A stretch of 64,000 bases of DNA, taken from assembly GCA_964618635.1 (NCBI GenBank), contig CAZUDM010000016.1, positions 517 to 64,516 of the forward strand, written 5' to 3'. Source of the DNA: an uncultured Spirochaetia bacterium. GTDB taxonomy: Bacteria > Desulfobacterota_D > UBA1144 > Nemesobacterales > UBA2774. The notes under the pieces are model-generated. The model was given only the letters and a program-made list of their open reading frames with translations. It had not been told where the DNA came from and made no database searches. The position numbers and the translations under genes are program-made. This document shows positions 39,893 to 50,714 of this stretch, piece by piece (position 1 is the stretch's first letter; each line of letters begins with the position of its first letter).

Positions 39893-41512
39893 TTATTTAT
39901 TCTTCTTCTGGTTCCACCTGACGCTGTAGAGATCGAACCGGCGGTCTTTCAGGTTGACAACCGTCCCGGCGTTACGGCTCGCGTAGAGATTTTCGAGCTG
40001 GAGGTCGGCGAAGGCTATCGTCTCCGTGTTCGGCGGCGTAGTGGCCGCTATGCCGTCTCTCGCGAAGGGGAAGTCGCACGGCGTGAGGATACAGCTCTCC
40101 GCGTAGTTAATGTCCATGTTCTCGACGTCCGGCAGGTTGCCGACCGTTCCCGCCATCACCACGAAGCACTGGTTCTGCACCGCTATCGCCTGCGAGCAGT
40201 ATCTCACGCGGAGATAGCTCTGCCGCTCGTTCGTGCAGAACGGGACGAAGATTATAGTCGCTCCCTGGTCGACAAGGTAGCGCGCCGTCTCGGGGAATTC
40301 CGTATCGTAGCAGATCAGCACACCTATCAGCCCGCGGTCGGTCGGGATAGTGTGCAGCTCGTCGCCGCCCCGGATGTCCCACCAGTATTTTTCGTTGGGC
40401 GTCGGGTGAATCTTCTCCTGCGAGTGGATGGCCCCGTCGCGGAGGAATATGTAGGACACATTGTGTATGTCGCCGTCGTGCATCTTCGTCGGATGCGAGC
40501 CGCCGATGATGTTGATGTTGTAGGAGATCGCCATCTCCTGCATGAACTTCGTGTAGCGGTCGGTGTATTTAGTCAGGTGGTCTATGGATTCCTCGGGGCG
40601 CATTTTCTTTTTCGCCGCCGAGAGGAGGGCGAGTGTTACGAGCTCGGGGAATACGACGAAGTCTGCCCCGTAGTCTGACGCTATATCGATAAAATATTCG
40701 AGCTGCCCCTCGAACTGCTTTTCGGAATCGACCTTCCGCATCTGGAACTGAACGGCGGCCACGCGAACGGAGCGGGGGAGGCGGCCGCGTTTTTTCTTCT
40801 CCTTCGACGCGGGTTCGACGGCGAGCGGGTTACGCCATAGCATGTGCACGGCGTTGCCCTTTGATTCGTAGTCGGAGGGCAGGTATCTGTGCAGTATGCC
40901 TATCGGCTCGAAATCGTTCGAGAGGTGAAACAGTATGACCTGATCGCGGATTTTCTTGGCCTGAACGAGCTCGAGGTATTCTTCCGGGCTCCCGACCTTC
41001 GCCGCGCGCCTTTGATATCCCGGCATGCGGCCGCCGAAGACTATGCCCTTGAGGTTAAGCTCCTGGCACAGCTTCCGCCGCTCGTCGTAAAGCCGTGTCC
41101 CGATGCGGAGGCCCCTGTAGGCAGGGTCGACGCAGACCTCCATGCCGTAAAGATAATCGCCGTCGGGGTCGTGCCGCGAAGCGAATCCGCCGCCGGTTAT
41201 CTCATTCCACGTGTGGGGCCTGAGGCAGAGGTCTCCGCTTATCATAAACGTCGAGCAATAACCGACTATCCTGCCCTCGTACTCGACGAGGAACTGCCCC
41301 TCGGGGAAGATGGATATCTGGCCCCGGAGCATTCCCTCCGTCACGCCCGAGGAGCCGTACACCTTCGTGCTGAGCGTGACGAGCGCGGGAATGTCCCTGA
41401 ATTCCGCGAGCCGCGTGACGAGCTTGGCCTTCCGCCGGTGCCTGTCGGGAACGCCGCCGTGTGCGTGCGCGCTTTCATTCGCGCCGGGTTTCCTGTCTTC
41501 ACTGTCTGCCAT
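39893..41512 (-). CDS. Bifunctional GNAT acetyltransferase / carbon-nitrogen hydrolase
   Basis: RGLRIGTRLY (GNAT); FPE, QEKIH, ICYDTEFPE (E-K-C triad). Confidence 0.92.
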   Translation of the reverse strand: MADSEDRKPGANESAHAHGGVPDRHRRKAKLVTRLAEFRDIPALVTLSTKVYGSSGVTEGMLRGQISIFPEGQFLVEYEGRIVGYCSTFMISGDLCLRPHTWNEITGGGFASRHDPDGDYLYGMEVCVDPAYRGLRIGTRLYDERRKLCQELNLKGIVFGGRMPGYQRRAAKVGSPEEYLELVQAKKIRDQVILFHLSNDFEPIGILHRYLPSDYESKGNAVHMLWRNPLAVEPASKEKKKRGRLPRSVRVAAVQFQMRKVDSEKQFEGQLEYFIDIASDYGADFVVFPELVTLALLSAAKKKMRPEESIDHLTKYTDRYTKFMQEMAISYNINIIGGSHPTKMHDGDIHNVSYIFLRDGAIHSQEKIHPTPNEKYWWDIRGGDELHTIPTDRGLIGVLICYDTEFPETARYLVDQGATIIFVPFCTNERQSYLRVRYCSQAIAVQNQCFVVMAGTVGNLPDVENMDINYAESCILTPCDFPFARDGIAATTPPNTETIAFADLQLENLYASRNAGTVVNLKDRRFDLYSVRWNQKKNK

Positions 41513-41585
41513 GTTCAGGATTAATTATATATGGCAGGGACGGCATATCCCAGGATTTATATGGGATGCGGGTTGTACCTTCCTC

Positions 41586-41830
41586 GCTATGTCGGTCGCC
41601 AGCGGGCGTGACCCGGACACGTAGTGTCTCTTTCGACATAGCAGTGGAGACGCGAGAATCACCTGAAACGTGGCTGTTGCTTACAGGCTGAATCTCGCTA
41701 CTTCGGCTTCCTGCACGCGCACACGTAGTGTGTTTTTCGACGTAGGGCCGGAGGTGCCAAAATCAGTGGAAGCGCGGCAGGTGATAATGGCAGCAACAGA
41801 GCTACTTCGATTTCCAGCGGGCGTGGCCCG
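41586..41830. repeat. REP-like hairpin cluster
   Basis: GCTATGTCG...CGACATAGC (41586-41642); GCTACTTCG...CACACGTAGTGTGTTTTTCGACGTAG (41697-41745); flank similar to 24727-24800. Confidence 0.75.
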
Positions 41831-41959
41831 TGGTAGATTTATCTGTAATGTCTTGGAGGATGACGGGTGCCATGCGGAGAACCCACGGGTTCTTTCCATT
41901 CCCTGTTTCATAGGGCGGCCCTTTAATTCACGAGACAGACGACATCACATAACGAGGGA

Positions 41960-42283
41960 GTGTATAAAGTGTCTACGCGGGGTGTCAAGAATACCGTGCG
42001 CGCCAGGGTCAGGCGCGATCCGGAGTTCAGAGCAGGGCTTTTAAAGCAGGCTATCGAGAGTCTCATGGCCGGGGACCTCGCGGCCGGCAAGGCCGAGCTG
42101 AGGGATTTCATAAAGGCGACGAGCGGGTTCGAGGAGCTTTCACGCACGATGCGCAAAAAGCCCGAAAGCCTCATCCGCATGCTCGGGCCGAAGGGCAATC
42201 CCACGGCGCAGAACATCTTCCGTATAATCGCCGAGGTACAGAAGCAGGAAGGGCTTCACTTCGAGATAAAAATCGTGCATTGA
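41960..42283 (+). CDS. Putative addiction-module antidote / DNA-binding protein, no adjacent toxin
   Basis: RARVRRDPEFRAGLL...LRDFIKATSGFEELS...SLIRMLGPKGNP pattern. Confidence 0.75.
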   Translation: MYKVSTRGVKNTVRARVRRDPEFRAGLLKQAIESLMAGDLAAGKAELRDFIKATSGFEELSRTMRKKPESLIRMLGPKGNPTAQNIFRIIAEVQKQEGLHFEIKIVH

Positions 42284-42325
42284 TAACACGTCCAGACGCA
42301 CCGGCCAGAGCCGGGGGAGCGGCAG

Positions 42326-45097
42326 ATGAAAAGGGATAAAAACCGGAACATCGACACCACAGACAAGGAAAAGCCGCTTCGGAACGACGTCCGCTTTCTC
42401 GGGAACATCCTCGGATGGGTTCTCATCGGCCAGGAAGGCCGCGAGATTTTCGACATGGAGGAGAGGATTCGCGCCCTCACCAAAGAGATGCGCACAAGCT
42501 ATCACAAAAGCCAGAAGGACGAGCTCGTCGCCACTATAAGAAGCCTCTCCGACGAGGACCTTTATAAAGTTACGCGCGCGTTCACGATATACTTCAAGCT
42601 CGTAAATATCGCCGAGCAGATTCACAGGATACGCCGCCGCCGGGATTACAAGTATATCTCCGACGTCAAGGACTCGAGCGAGGGCTCCATCGAAAGCCTC
42701 TTTGCCGCGCTCGTGGAAAAGGGCGTCTCCTACGATAAATTCAAATCGCTCGTCGATTCGCTGTCGATAGACCTCGTCCTGACGGCTCATCCGACGGAAG
42801 TCAACCGCCACATCGTCCTCGAAAAATTCCGCTACATCTCGGCCCTCCTGTCCAGGCTAGGGAGCGCGCTGCTCGACGCCGAGGGCAGGAAGGCGGTCGA
42901 GGAGGAGATACACGCCGAGCTAATCGGGCTCTGGCAAACGGAAGAGGTCCCGCCGTTCAAGAAGACCCCGCTCGACGAAGCGCGGAACATCCACTACTAC
43001 TTCCGCGAGACGATTTTCGACGCGCTCCTGAAAGTCTACGACGAGTTCGAAAAGAAGATAAAGGAGAGCTATGAGGTCTCCGAGGTTGACTTGCCGTCCT
43101 TCCTCCGCTTCGGCTCGTGGGTCGGCGGCGACAGGGACGGGAACCCGTTCGTCACTAACAAAATAACGCGCGAAGTCCTCGAAATGCAGAAGGCCCTCGC
43201 CGTAGATAAACACATTGAGCGGCTCCGCCGTCTCAAACGCCAGCTTAGCTCGTCGGTGAAGATCGTTCCCGTGAGCCGTGAGCTTCGCCGCGCCGTCACT
43301 CCCGAAATGAAGCGGAGGGCGGAGGAAAGGGGCATACACAACCCGGACGAGTATTACAGGATATTCCTCGAGTACGTCGAGATGAGGCTCACAGCCGTTA
43401 CTTCCGGCGAGGGCGGCCCCGTCCCGCCGTATGCACGCTGCGAGGAGTTCCTCTCGGACCTCTACATGATCGACAGGAGCCTCCGCGAGAACAAGGGCGA
43501 CAAGCTCGCGGACTCCACACTCAAGATGCTCATCCGCCAGGCCGAGGTGTTCGGGTTCCACATGGCGCGGCTCGACATACGGCAGAACAGCGCCGTTCAC
43601 ACTGCCGCACTTTCGGAGATAACCGAGCGTCTCGGGCTCGCCAATTACGGCGGCATGACGGACGACAAAAAATTCGAATGGCTGACGCGCGAGATTAAAA
43701 ACCCCCGCCCGCTCATACCCGACTGGCTCCCTCTCTCACCCGAAACGGAGGAGCTTCTCCTCACGTTCCGCACGATGAGAGAATGCCTCGAAGAAGTGAG
43801 CCCCGACTGTATCGATACGTACGTCATAAGCATGACGCGCAGCGCGGCCAACGTCCTTGAAGTTCTCCTGTTCCTTAAAGAGGCGGGGCTTTACCGCTCC
43901 GACAGCGGCAGGGTAACGAGCGCCATTAACATCGTCCCCCTCTTCGAGACGATAGACGACTTTCTCAACGCCCCCCTCGTTATGCGTAAGCTCTTCTCCG
44001 ACCCCGTCTACAGGAAGCACATCGCCGCGCGCGGAAACTTCTCCGAGATAATGATAGGCTACTCCGACAGCGGCAAGGACGGCGGCATACTCTGCGCCGG
44101 GTGGGAAATACACAAGGCCCAGCGCCTCCTCAAATCCATCTCCGACGAGTTCGGCGTCAGGAACAGGTTCTTCCACGGGCGCGGCGGCACGGTGAGCAGG
44201 GGAGGGGGCCCGACGAACCAGGCGATACTCGCGCGCCCCGCCGGGACAGTCGACGGCGCGATAAAAATCACCGAGCAGGGGGAGGTCATATACAGCAACT
44301 ATTCACTTCCCGACATCGCCGAAGACAACCTCGAGCTCGTCCTCTCGTCCGTCGTTCTCACGAGCCTTAACCACGAGGCTGTGAACCCTCACTGGGAAGA
44401 AGTCATGGAGGAGATTGCCGCCGAGGCGCGCGGCGTCTGGCGTGAGCTCGTCTACGACGACCCGGATTTTTACGACTACTTCCAGCAGTCGACTCCGATT
44501 TCCATAATTCAGCAGATGGGTATAGGCTCGCGCCCCGCCCGACGCACGCGGTCGAAGAGCATAGAAGACCTCCGCGCCATTCCGTGGGTTTTCAGCTGGA
44601 CCCAGAACCGCCACCTCATCACCGGTTTTTACTCCGTCGGCACTGCGCTCAAGAGGTTCATCGACAAGGCTCCGCGCAAGAATCTCCAGCTCCTCCGCGA
44701 GATGTATGCGAACTGGCGCTTCTTCAGGTCTCACATCGACAACATACAGATGACACTCAGCCGCGCCGACATGTGGATCGCGCTCGAATACTCGTTCCTC
44801 GTCCGCCCGAGGGAGGTCGGCAGGAGGATTTTCGGCAGGATTAGGGAGGAATACAACCTCACCGAAGAGATCGTCCTCCGCATAACGGGCGAAAAACGCA
44901 TTCTCGACAACAACCCGTTCCTCCAGAAATCCATCGAGCTCCGGAATCCCTACATCGATTCCCTGAGCTACATACAGGTCGGCCTTCTCAGGAGGCTTCT
45001 CAAGGGCGATTTCTCGCCCGGCGAAAAGACCGCTCTCGTCGACGACCTCAAGCTCAGCATAAACGGCATATCCGCCGGCTTGAAAAACACCGGCTAG
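42326..45097 (+). CDS. ppc: Phosphoenolpyruvate carboxylase
   Basis: VLTAHPTE, GGDRDGNP, GYSDSGKDGG, FHGRGGTVSRGGGP, LRAIPWVFSWTQ. Confidence 0.97.
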   Translation: MKRDKNRNIDTTDKEKPLRNDVRFLGNILGWVLIGQEGREIFDMEERIRALTKEMRTSYHKSQKDELVATIRSLSDEDLYKVTRAFTIYFKLVNIAEQIHRIRRRRDYKYISDVKDSSEGSIESLFAALVEKGVSYDKFKSLVDSLSIDLVLTAHPTEVNRHIVLEKFRYISALLSRLGSALLDAEGRKAVEEEIHAELIGLWQTEEVPPFKKTPLDEARNIHYYFRETIFDALLKVYDEFEKKIKESYEVSEVDLPSFLRFGSWVGGDRDGNPFVTNKITREVLEMQKALAVDKHIERLRRLKRQLSSSVKIVPVSRELRRAVTPEMKRRAEERGIHNPDEYYRIFLEYVEMRLTAVTSGEGGPVPPYARCEEFLSDLYMIDRSLRENKGDKLADSTLKMLIRQAEVFGFHMARLDIRQNSAVHTAALSEITERLGLANYGGMTDDKKFEWLTREIKNPRPLIPDWLPLSPETEELLLTFRTMRECLEEVSPDCIDTYVISMTRSAANVLEVLLFLKEAGLYRSDSGRVTSAINIVPLFETIDDFLNAPLVMRKLFSDPVYRKHIAARGNFSEIMIGYSDSGKDGGILCAGWEIHKAQRLLKSISDEFGVRNRFFHGRGGTVSRGGGPTNQAILARPAGTVDGAIKITEQGEVIYSNYSLPDIAEDNLELVLSSVVLTSLNHEAVNPHWEEVMEEIAAEARGVWRELVYDDPDFYDYFQQSTPISIIQQMGIGSRPARRTRSKSIEDLRAIPWVFSWTQNRHLITGFYSVGTALKRFIDKAPRKNLQLLREMYANWRFFRSHIDNIQMTLSRADMWIALEYSFLVRPREVGRRIFGRIREEYNLTEEIVLRITGEKRILDNNPFLQKSIELRNPYIDSLSYIQVGLLRRLLKGDFSPGEKTALVDDLKLSINGISAGLKNTG

Positions 45098-45099
45098 GC

Positions 45100-45745
45100 G
45101 CACCACGTGCGCGGGAGACCGACATAGCAGGGACTTTGCGATAGCAGCGTTCGCGCGCCTGTGATTTTAGCATTACCGGTGCTACGATCGTAAAGCACAC
45201 TATGTGTGCGCGCCGCCGCTGGCAATCGACGTAGCAAGGGAAGAGTTGTATCGGTCGTCATGCGAATCGTGGTGTTATCAACGCTTGTAATCTCGGAATT
45301 CTAATTCAAATCCCCCCATGCCCCCCTTTTTCTAAGGGGGGTAAAAGCAATGATGCTCATAACCCACCTGTCTCGCTTCTGATGTTTATCGCACTCGAAT
45401 CCGCTTTGTTGAAAAATACACTGTGTGCGGGAGACCGACGTAGCACAGACTATGACCGACGGCGTGCCCCCACATTTGTCATTCCCGAATGCTTGTATCG
45501 GGAATCCAGCTTTTCAGTCTGTCATTTCGAGCGCATGCGAGAAATCTGGTTTTTATTCACTTTTCCGGAAAAGACGAAAAACGAGATCCTGAATGTTTTG
45601 ATTTCTTCTACACTGGCGCCGTACTGGATGAGCTTCGGTGCAATCAGCCAGGGGCACTCGATTCCTCGCTCGCTCGAAATCGTAGTTCAGGATAACAAAT
45701 TATAAAAACATGGATTCCCGATTAATACCTTCGGGAATGACAAAA
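45100..45745. repeat. Mosaic REP-like cluster between convergent genes
   Basis: Hairpins 45181-45235 and 45403-45444; CCCCCTTTTTCTAAGGGGG at 45321; GTCATTCCC REP 45478-45508 with inverted copy 45711-45741. Confidence 0.8.
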
Positions 45746-45799
45746 AGAAAAAGTGACGCCTCGGTTAATCAAAGCAGCTAAGAAACCGCGTGTCGGGAA

Positions 45800-48700
45800 T
45801 CAGATTGTGTGCGTGTTTTTGAGAACACCGGAGAGCGTCCTCAAGAGCGTCTCCGCGCTGAAAGGTTTCGGAATGAATGCGTCGACGAGGTTTTCTTCGA
45901 CAGTTATGAGCTCGTGCTCTTTCTGGTAGCCGCTCACTGTAATGATCCTCAAACCGGGAAGCCTCTCCTTGAGGGCCTTCACGACCTCCGTCCCGTTCAT
46001 AATGGGCATCATCATGTCGACTATGGCGGCGTCGATCCGCCCCTGCATGCCGTCGACTATTTCGAGCGCCAGCTTCCCGTTTTCGGCCGTGATCACCACG
46101 TAGCCGAACTCCTCGAGCACCGAGCTCGTGATCTCGAGAATGGCCTTTTCGTCGTCGACAACGAGAATCGTCTCCCCATTTCCCACAAGGGAATGCTGCT
46201 CCGGTCCCATACTCTCTGCCTCCTCTACCCCAGAGTGAGCCGCAGGTAAATAAACGTAAAATACGCTTCCCTTTCCGACCTCGCTCTCGACGTGTATCGC
46301 TCCGCCGTGCTCGTTGACTATCCCGTATGCCGTCGCCAGGCCGAGCCCCGTCCCTTTTTCAGACCCCTTGGTCGTGAAAAACGGGTCGAATACTTTATCT
46401 ATTATACCGGGTTCTATGCCGCAGCCGGTGTCCTCGATTTTTATGAGTATGTAATTCTCCGGGGAGAGCCCGGCCGGCCGTTCCTGCGTCTCGCCGTCGC
46501 CGTGAACGTTTTCAGCCGTAAGGGATATCCTGCCTCCCTCGGGCATTGCGTCCCTCGCGTTAAGACAGATATTCAGGATCACCTGATGCATCTGTGTGTA
46601 ATTACCCGAAACGTTCCACGTGTCCGGGGCGGCGTCGAGCGATACTTCTATATTTTTCGGGAAAGTTTCGTTCATAATCGCCGCTATGTCGTCGAGGAGA
46701 CGCTTTATGCTCAGGGTCTCTTTCTCGGACTGTATCCCCTTGGCGAACGAGAGCACCTGCCGGATCAGATCGGCTCCGCGACGCGCGCTGGTTTCGAGCA
46801 CGTCGAGTATCCTTTCGCTCCCGGCTTCGTTCCTTCCCGGCCTTAGAAGGTTTATCGACATCAATATCGGCTGGAGAATATTGTTGAGGTCGTGCGCTAT
46901 CCCCCCGGCGAGCATCCCTATGCTCTCGAGCCTCTGCGTGCGGAGGAGCTTCGCCTCGAGGTTTTTCTTCTCGGTTATGTCTGTACCGACGCCGACGTAG
47001 CCTATGACTTCGCCGCCGTCGTTTTTTATCTCCGTGCTTACGATGTGCGACGGGAAGGACGTCCCGTCCATCCTCTTCGAAACGAGCTCCCCTTCCCAGT
47101 ACCCCGTCGTCCGAAGAGCGGTAATTATATCTCGGGCGTCCTCCTCGCTCATATCTGAGAGGGAGATTTTCATCAGGTTGCGGCCGAGCACCTCGCTTTC
47201 TTTCCAATACATGAGCTCCTCGGCGAACTTGTTCCAGTATATGATCTCTCCTTCGAGGTTAGTCGCCACGACCGAATTGCGCACCTGGTCGAGAAGAGAT
47301 GCCTGGAAGCGAATCTTCTCCTCGGAGAGCTTCCGCTCCGTCACGTCTGCCAGCGTGCCGACGTATCCGTGCATCTCGCCCGAGCCGCTCTTGAGGGGCA
47401 GGGCGTGCACCGCCACCCATACTACTGTGCCGTCTTCCTTTTTAAACCTGTGCTCAGCCTTGAATTCGAGTCCCTCCACCGACGCTTCCTCCCACTTCCG
47501 CATAACGTGCTCGCGGTCGTCCGGGTGTATCCACATCGCTCCCCTGCCGCTCCTGGCGTCCTCCCTGGACACGCCGGTGATCTCACAGAACCTCTTGTTG
47601 ACGTAAAGTACGTTCCCTCCTGCGTCGGTCTGGAATATTCCCAGGGGCGACACCTCGGTAAGCGTCTGGTACCGCTCTTCGGAATACTTGAGCGCCTCGA
47701 CGTGCCTGGCGTTGAGTATCGCCGTTTCGATCTGAGTCTTGATGATTTCGAGGAGCTTGAGCTCGGCTTCGAAAAATGCGTTTTTGGTAAAGGAGTTTAT
47801 GCCGATGCATCCTATCGTCTCGGCTCCCGTCTTGAGCGGCATCGAAACGTGGCACTTTATACCCGCATCCCTTCCAGCCGGTCCTATGGCGCTTTCCTCG
47901 TCCGTGTCCGGCACGACGAGCGACCTGCCCTCGATAATCGTCTTCCAGGTGAGCCCCCTAGGGTAGGGTATCCTGGATATTCTTTCCGCGAACCATGCCG
48001 GGTGTCCCCATTGAGCCTGGAGAACGGCCTCGTCTCCCTCGACGAAGAAAATCTGCACCATGTCGGCGTTAGCTATGTTCTCTCCCATGACCCTGACGGC
48101 ATTCTCCATGACTTCCTTAAGGTCGATGGATCTGTAGACGCTCTGCGTCACGATGTTTATTATCTTCTCGTACTGCTCTTTCTTCGAAAGCTGCTCGACT
48201 TTGTCTTCGAGGTTCCTTTCCGATTCGAGTATGGACTCGGTGAACCTCGCGTTGTTTATCGCTATCTCGAGCTGGCGCGAGACTATCTCGAACACCCTCA
48301 GCTCTTCGGCGCCGAAGGCGTACTTTTCTCTCGAATTGATGTTCATGACGCCCACGGACTTCCCGTCGGATTTAAGCGGGATAGAAAGGTAGCTCTTCGT
48401 CCCGAGCTCCCTCCCCGCCGGGCCCATAACGGTGTCCGTGTCCGTGTCGGGGACGTATATCATCTTCCCTTCGATCATCGATTTCCATGTGAATCCCCTG
48501 GGGAAGGGTATCCTGCTGACCCGGTTGACGAACCATTCCGGGTAGCCCCTCCAGGCTTTCAGCACGGCCTCCTCGCCCTCGGCGAAATATATGCTCACCG
48601 TTTTCACGGTCTCCATGTTGTGGCAGAGCGCCTCGACGGCGTTCTCGAGGACCTCGTCGAGGTCTATCGATTTGTGTACGGCCTGCGTGACGAGGTTTAT

Positions 48701-49180
48701 CACCGCCTCGTAGCTGTTGAGCCTGGAAAGGTCTTCGAGCGTTCTCCGCAGCCGCTCCTCTGTGAGCGTCTTTCCGGTTATGTCGAGGGCGGTCATTATG
48801 AAGACGGGGTCTCCCCCGAGCGTAGAGGGCCTCAGCTCCACCTCGACCGGGTAGTGCGAGCCGTCCTTTCTGTGATGAAAAGTCGGAAACTGAATGGAGC
48901 TTTCCGCGCCGCCCCCCAGCCTCGAAAGGAGCCTGTCGACGTATTCGGGCGGCACCCCCTTTTTTATGTCCGAGGGAGTGAACCCCTTCATCTCGTCGAG
49001 CGTATAGCCGAGATTCCTGAGGGCAGTGTTGTTGGCGTGAAGCAGCGACTTGCTGCCGGCGTCGAATATGTATATCTCGTTTACGAGATTATCGAAGAGA
49101 CTGTAAAGCTCTTTCCGTACGCGCGCTTTCGCCTCGGGATGCATCTCCCGCTCTGAGTTCCCGGGTTCGCTGATGGGCAT
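45800..49180 (-). CDS. Hybrid sensor histidine kinase PAS-GAF-GAF-PAS-PAS-HisKA-HATPase-REC
   Basis: [32 protein letters not shown]; GAGGTG ribosome-binding site before ATG at 49180. Confidence 0.95.
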   Translation of the reverse strand: MPISEPGNSEREMHPEAKARVRKELYSLFDNLVNEIYIFDAGSKSLLHANNTALRNLGYTLDEMKGFTPSDIKKGVPPEYVDRLLSRLGGGAESSIQFPTFHHRKDGSHYPVEVELRPSTLGGDPVFIMTALDITGKTLTEERLRRTLEDLSRLNSYEAVINLVTQAVHKSIDLDEVLENAVEALCHNMETVKTVSIYFAEGEEAVLKAWRGYPEWFVNRVSRIPFPRGFTWKSMIEGKMIYVPDTDTDTVMGPAGRELGTKSYLSIPLKSDGKSVGVMNINSREKYAFGAEELRVFEIVSRQLEIAINNARFTESILESERNLEDKVEQLSKKEQYEKIINIVTQSVYRSIDLKEVMENAVRVMGENIANADMVQIFFVEGDEAVLQAQWGHPAWFAERISRIPYPRGLTWKTIIEGRSLVVPDTDEESAIGPAGRDAGIKCHVSMPLKTGAETIGCIGINSFTKNAFFEAELKLLEIIKTQIETAILNARHVEALKYSEERYQTLTEVSPLGIFQTDAGGNVLYVNKRFCEITGVSREDARSGRGAMWIHPDDREHVMRKWEEASVEGLEFKAEHRFKKEDGTVVWVAVHALPLKSGSGEMHGYVGTLADVTERKLSEEKIRFQASLLDQVRNSVVATNLEGEIIYWNKFAEELMYWKESEVLGRNLMKISLSDMSEEDARDIITALRTTGYWEGELVSKRMDGTSFPSHIVSTEIKNDGGEVIGYVGVGTDITEKKNLEAKLLRTQRLESIGMLAGGIAHDLNNILQPILMSINLLRPGRNEAGSERILDVLETSARRGADLIRQVLSFAKGIQSEKETLSIKRLLDDIAAIMNETFPKNIEVSLDAAPDTWNVSGNYTQMHQVILNICLNARDAMPEGGRISLTAENVHGDGETQERPAGLSPENYILIKIEDTGCGIEPGIIDKVFDPFFTTKGSEKGTGLGLATAYGIVNEHGGAIHVESEVGKGSVFYVYLPAAHSGVEEAESMGPEQHSLVGNGETILVVDDEKAILEITSSVLEEFGYVVITAENGKLALEIVDGMQGRIDAAIVDMMMPIMNGTEVVKALKERLPGLRIITVSGYQKEHELITVEENLVDAFIPKPFSAETLLRTLSGVLKNTHTI

Positions 49181-49455
49181 GTCACCTCGTAAATTTCGTC
49201 GGGAGCGGCTGAGCATGAAACGGCCGCCGGCGTTTTAATTGTCGGCCTCGGTGCGAGCTTTTTCCATCTCGGAGCGTTGAATCCCGCAGCCTGTTGTCCT
49301 GCCCTAAAGTATACGGCAACTTCACTTAAATCTATACAAATATGTGCGTGCGTAACAGGCTGCCGGCCGCCGTCGGAGGCGGCGGAAGAGGCTCTGATAA
49401 TTTCGGAATATTTCGGGCGCGGCCGCGCCCGGGCGGTTCGCGCCGTGCGGACGCT

Positions 49456-50451
49456 TTATCTCGAAATGGAGATGGTTTTTCTGACGAGCTTCATTCTGTA
49501 CATGTCCCTGTCGGCCATGTCGACGAGCTCCTCGGCAGTGTGTTTGCAGCCGGGCGAGTATTCGGCCAGCCCGTAGCTGAATTCCATACTGTAGGGTTTT
49601 TTGCTCCTGGCGTTTCGCGCCTCGACGGCGGAATGGATTCGCCTGAGAACCATCCCGCTCCCTTCGAGCGTCGTCTCGTGGAGTATGAGGAGCAGCTCGT
49701 CGCCGCCGAGCCTGCATATGACGTCCGATTCTCTGAGAACCCCGCTTACTGTCTTGACGAGCGAGATGATTACCTTGTCGCCCTCTTTATGGCCGTAGCT
49801 GTCGTTGACGAGCTTCAGGTTGTCGAGGTCGATGTAGCAGGCAGTGAAGCTTCTCCCGTGGCGCTCGCAGAGCTTTATCTGCTTACGCAGCGCATCCATG
49901 CCCGCACGCCGGTTGAGAATCCCCGTCATCTGGTCGGTCATGGAGTGCTTTTTTGCGGCTATCTCGGCGAGCTTCCTGGCCGAAATGTCTGAATAGGAGA
50001 GGACCGCGCCGGCCGCTTCGCCGTCGTGGACGAGCTGCGTCACCGAAAGCTGAAACCATCTCTTCCTGCTGCCCGAATGGCTCGGGAGCTCGACGGTGAA
50101 TTTGTCCTTTTCACCATGTATCAGGCTTCTGATATTCCTGACGACAGTCGAAATCCTGCCCTCGGGGGAGTTGTGCCTTCTCAGCCTGGCGAGGTAGTTC
50201 GCGCCGACAGCGGGCCTGTCGAGGACGCCCGCCGGCTGCCTTTCGGGAAAGTTCTCCCACGCGGTGTTGACGGCGATTATCCTGCCCGTCTTGTCGAGGA
50301 CCGCTATCTGCTCTTCGAGAGAGTCGAGCGCCGCCTGCGCTATGCCCGTCGGGTCATCTGCGGCAAGCGGGTCTACGTTCGTTTTTTTCGCGACCATCGG
50401 CGTGCTTGTAAAGTCTGTGTACTGTGCCTCTTGCTCCGCTATGAAGATCAT
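49456..50451 (-). CDS. PAS-GGDEF diguanylate cyclase
   Basis: DQMTGILNRR, DLDNLKLVNDSYGH, RESD I-site, GGDEL. Confidence 0.9.
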   Translation of the reverse strand: MIFIAEQEAQYTDFTSTPMVAKKTNVDPLAADDPTGIAQAALDSLEEQIAVLDKTGRIIAVNTAWENFPERQPAGVLDRPAVGANYLARLRRHNSPEGRISTVVRNIRSLIHGEKDKFTVELPSHSGSRKRWFQLSVTQLVHDGEAAGAVLSYSDISARKLAEIAAKKHSMTDQMTGILNRRAGMDALRKQIKLCERHGRSFTACYIDLDNLKLVNDSYGHKEGDKVIISLVKTVSGVLRESDVICRLGGDELLLILHETTLEGSGMVLRRIHSAVEARNARSKKPYSMEFSYGLAEYSPGCKHTAEELVDMADRDMYRMKLVRKTISISR

Positions 50452-50714
50452 GTTCCCTTTTCCCGGCCCTGAAATGATAAAGTTCCGCTCACGCGTTCAT
50501 ACTCATATACGTATGTACCGTGATAAACGGATTAGGTTCAGGCTAATTTTTTTGCCGGGTGCGGGTTTGAAACAGTTCTAAAGTCCTTTCCGCGATCCGC
50601 ATTCATTGCCAAGGTCTATCCTAATTTGTATACATAAAGAAATAGACAGGGGTCAAGTCTTTTTTTGACCCAATGAAAAAAGGCGATTCTCGGGTTCCGC
50701 ACAATCGGCAGGGC

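Noticed and set aside
342-45745. CRISPR array
   Set aside because: Repeats are dispersed, in both orientations and not regularly spaced with unique spacers; no cas genes in the window.
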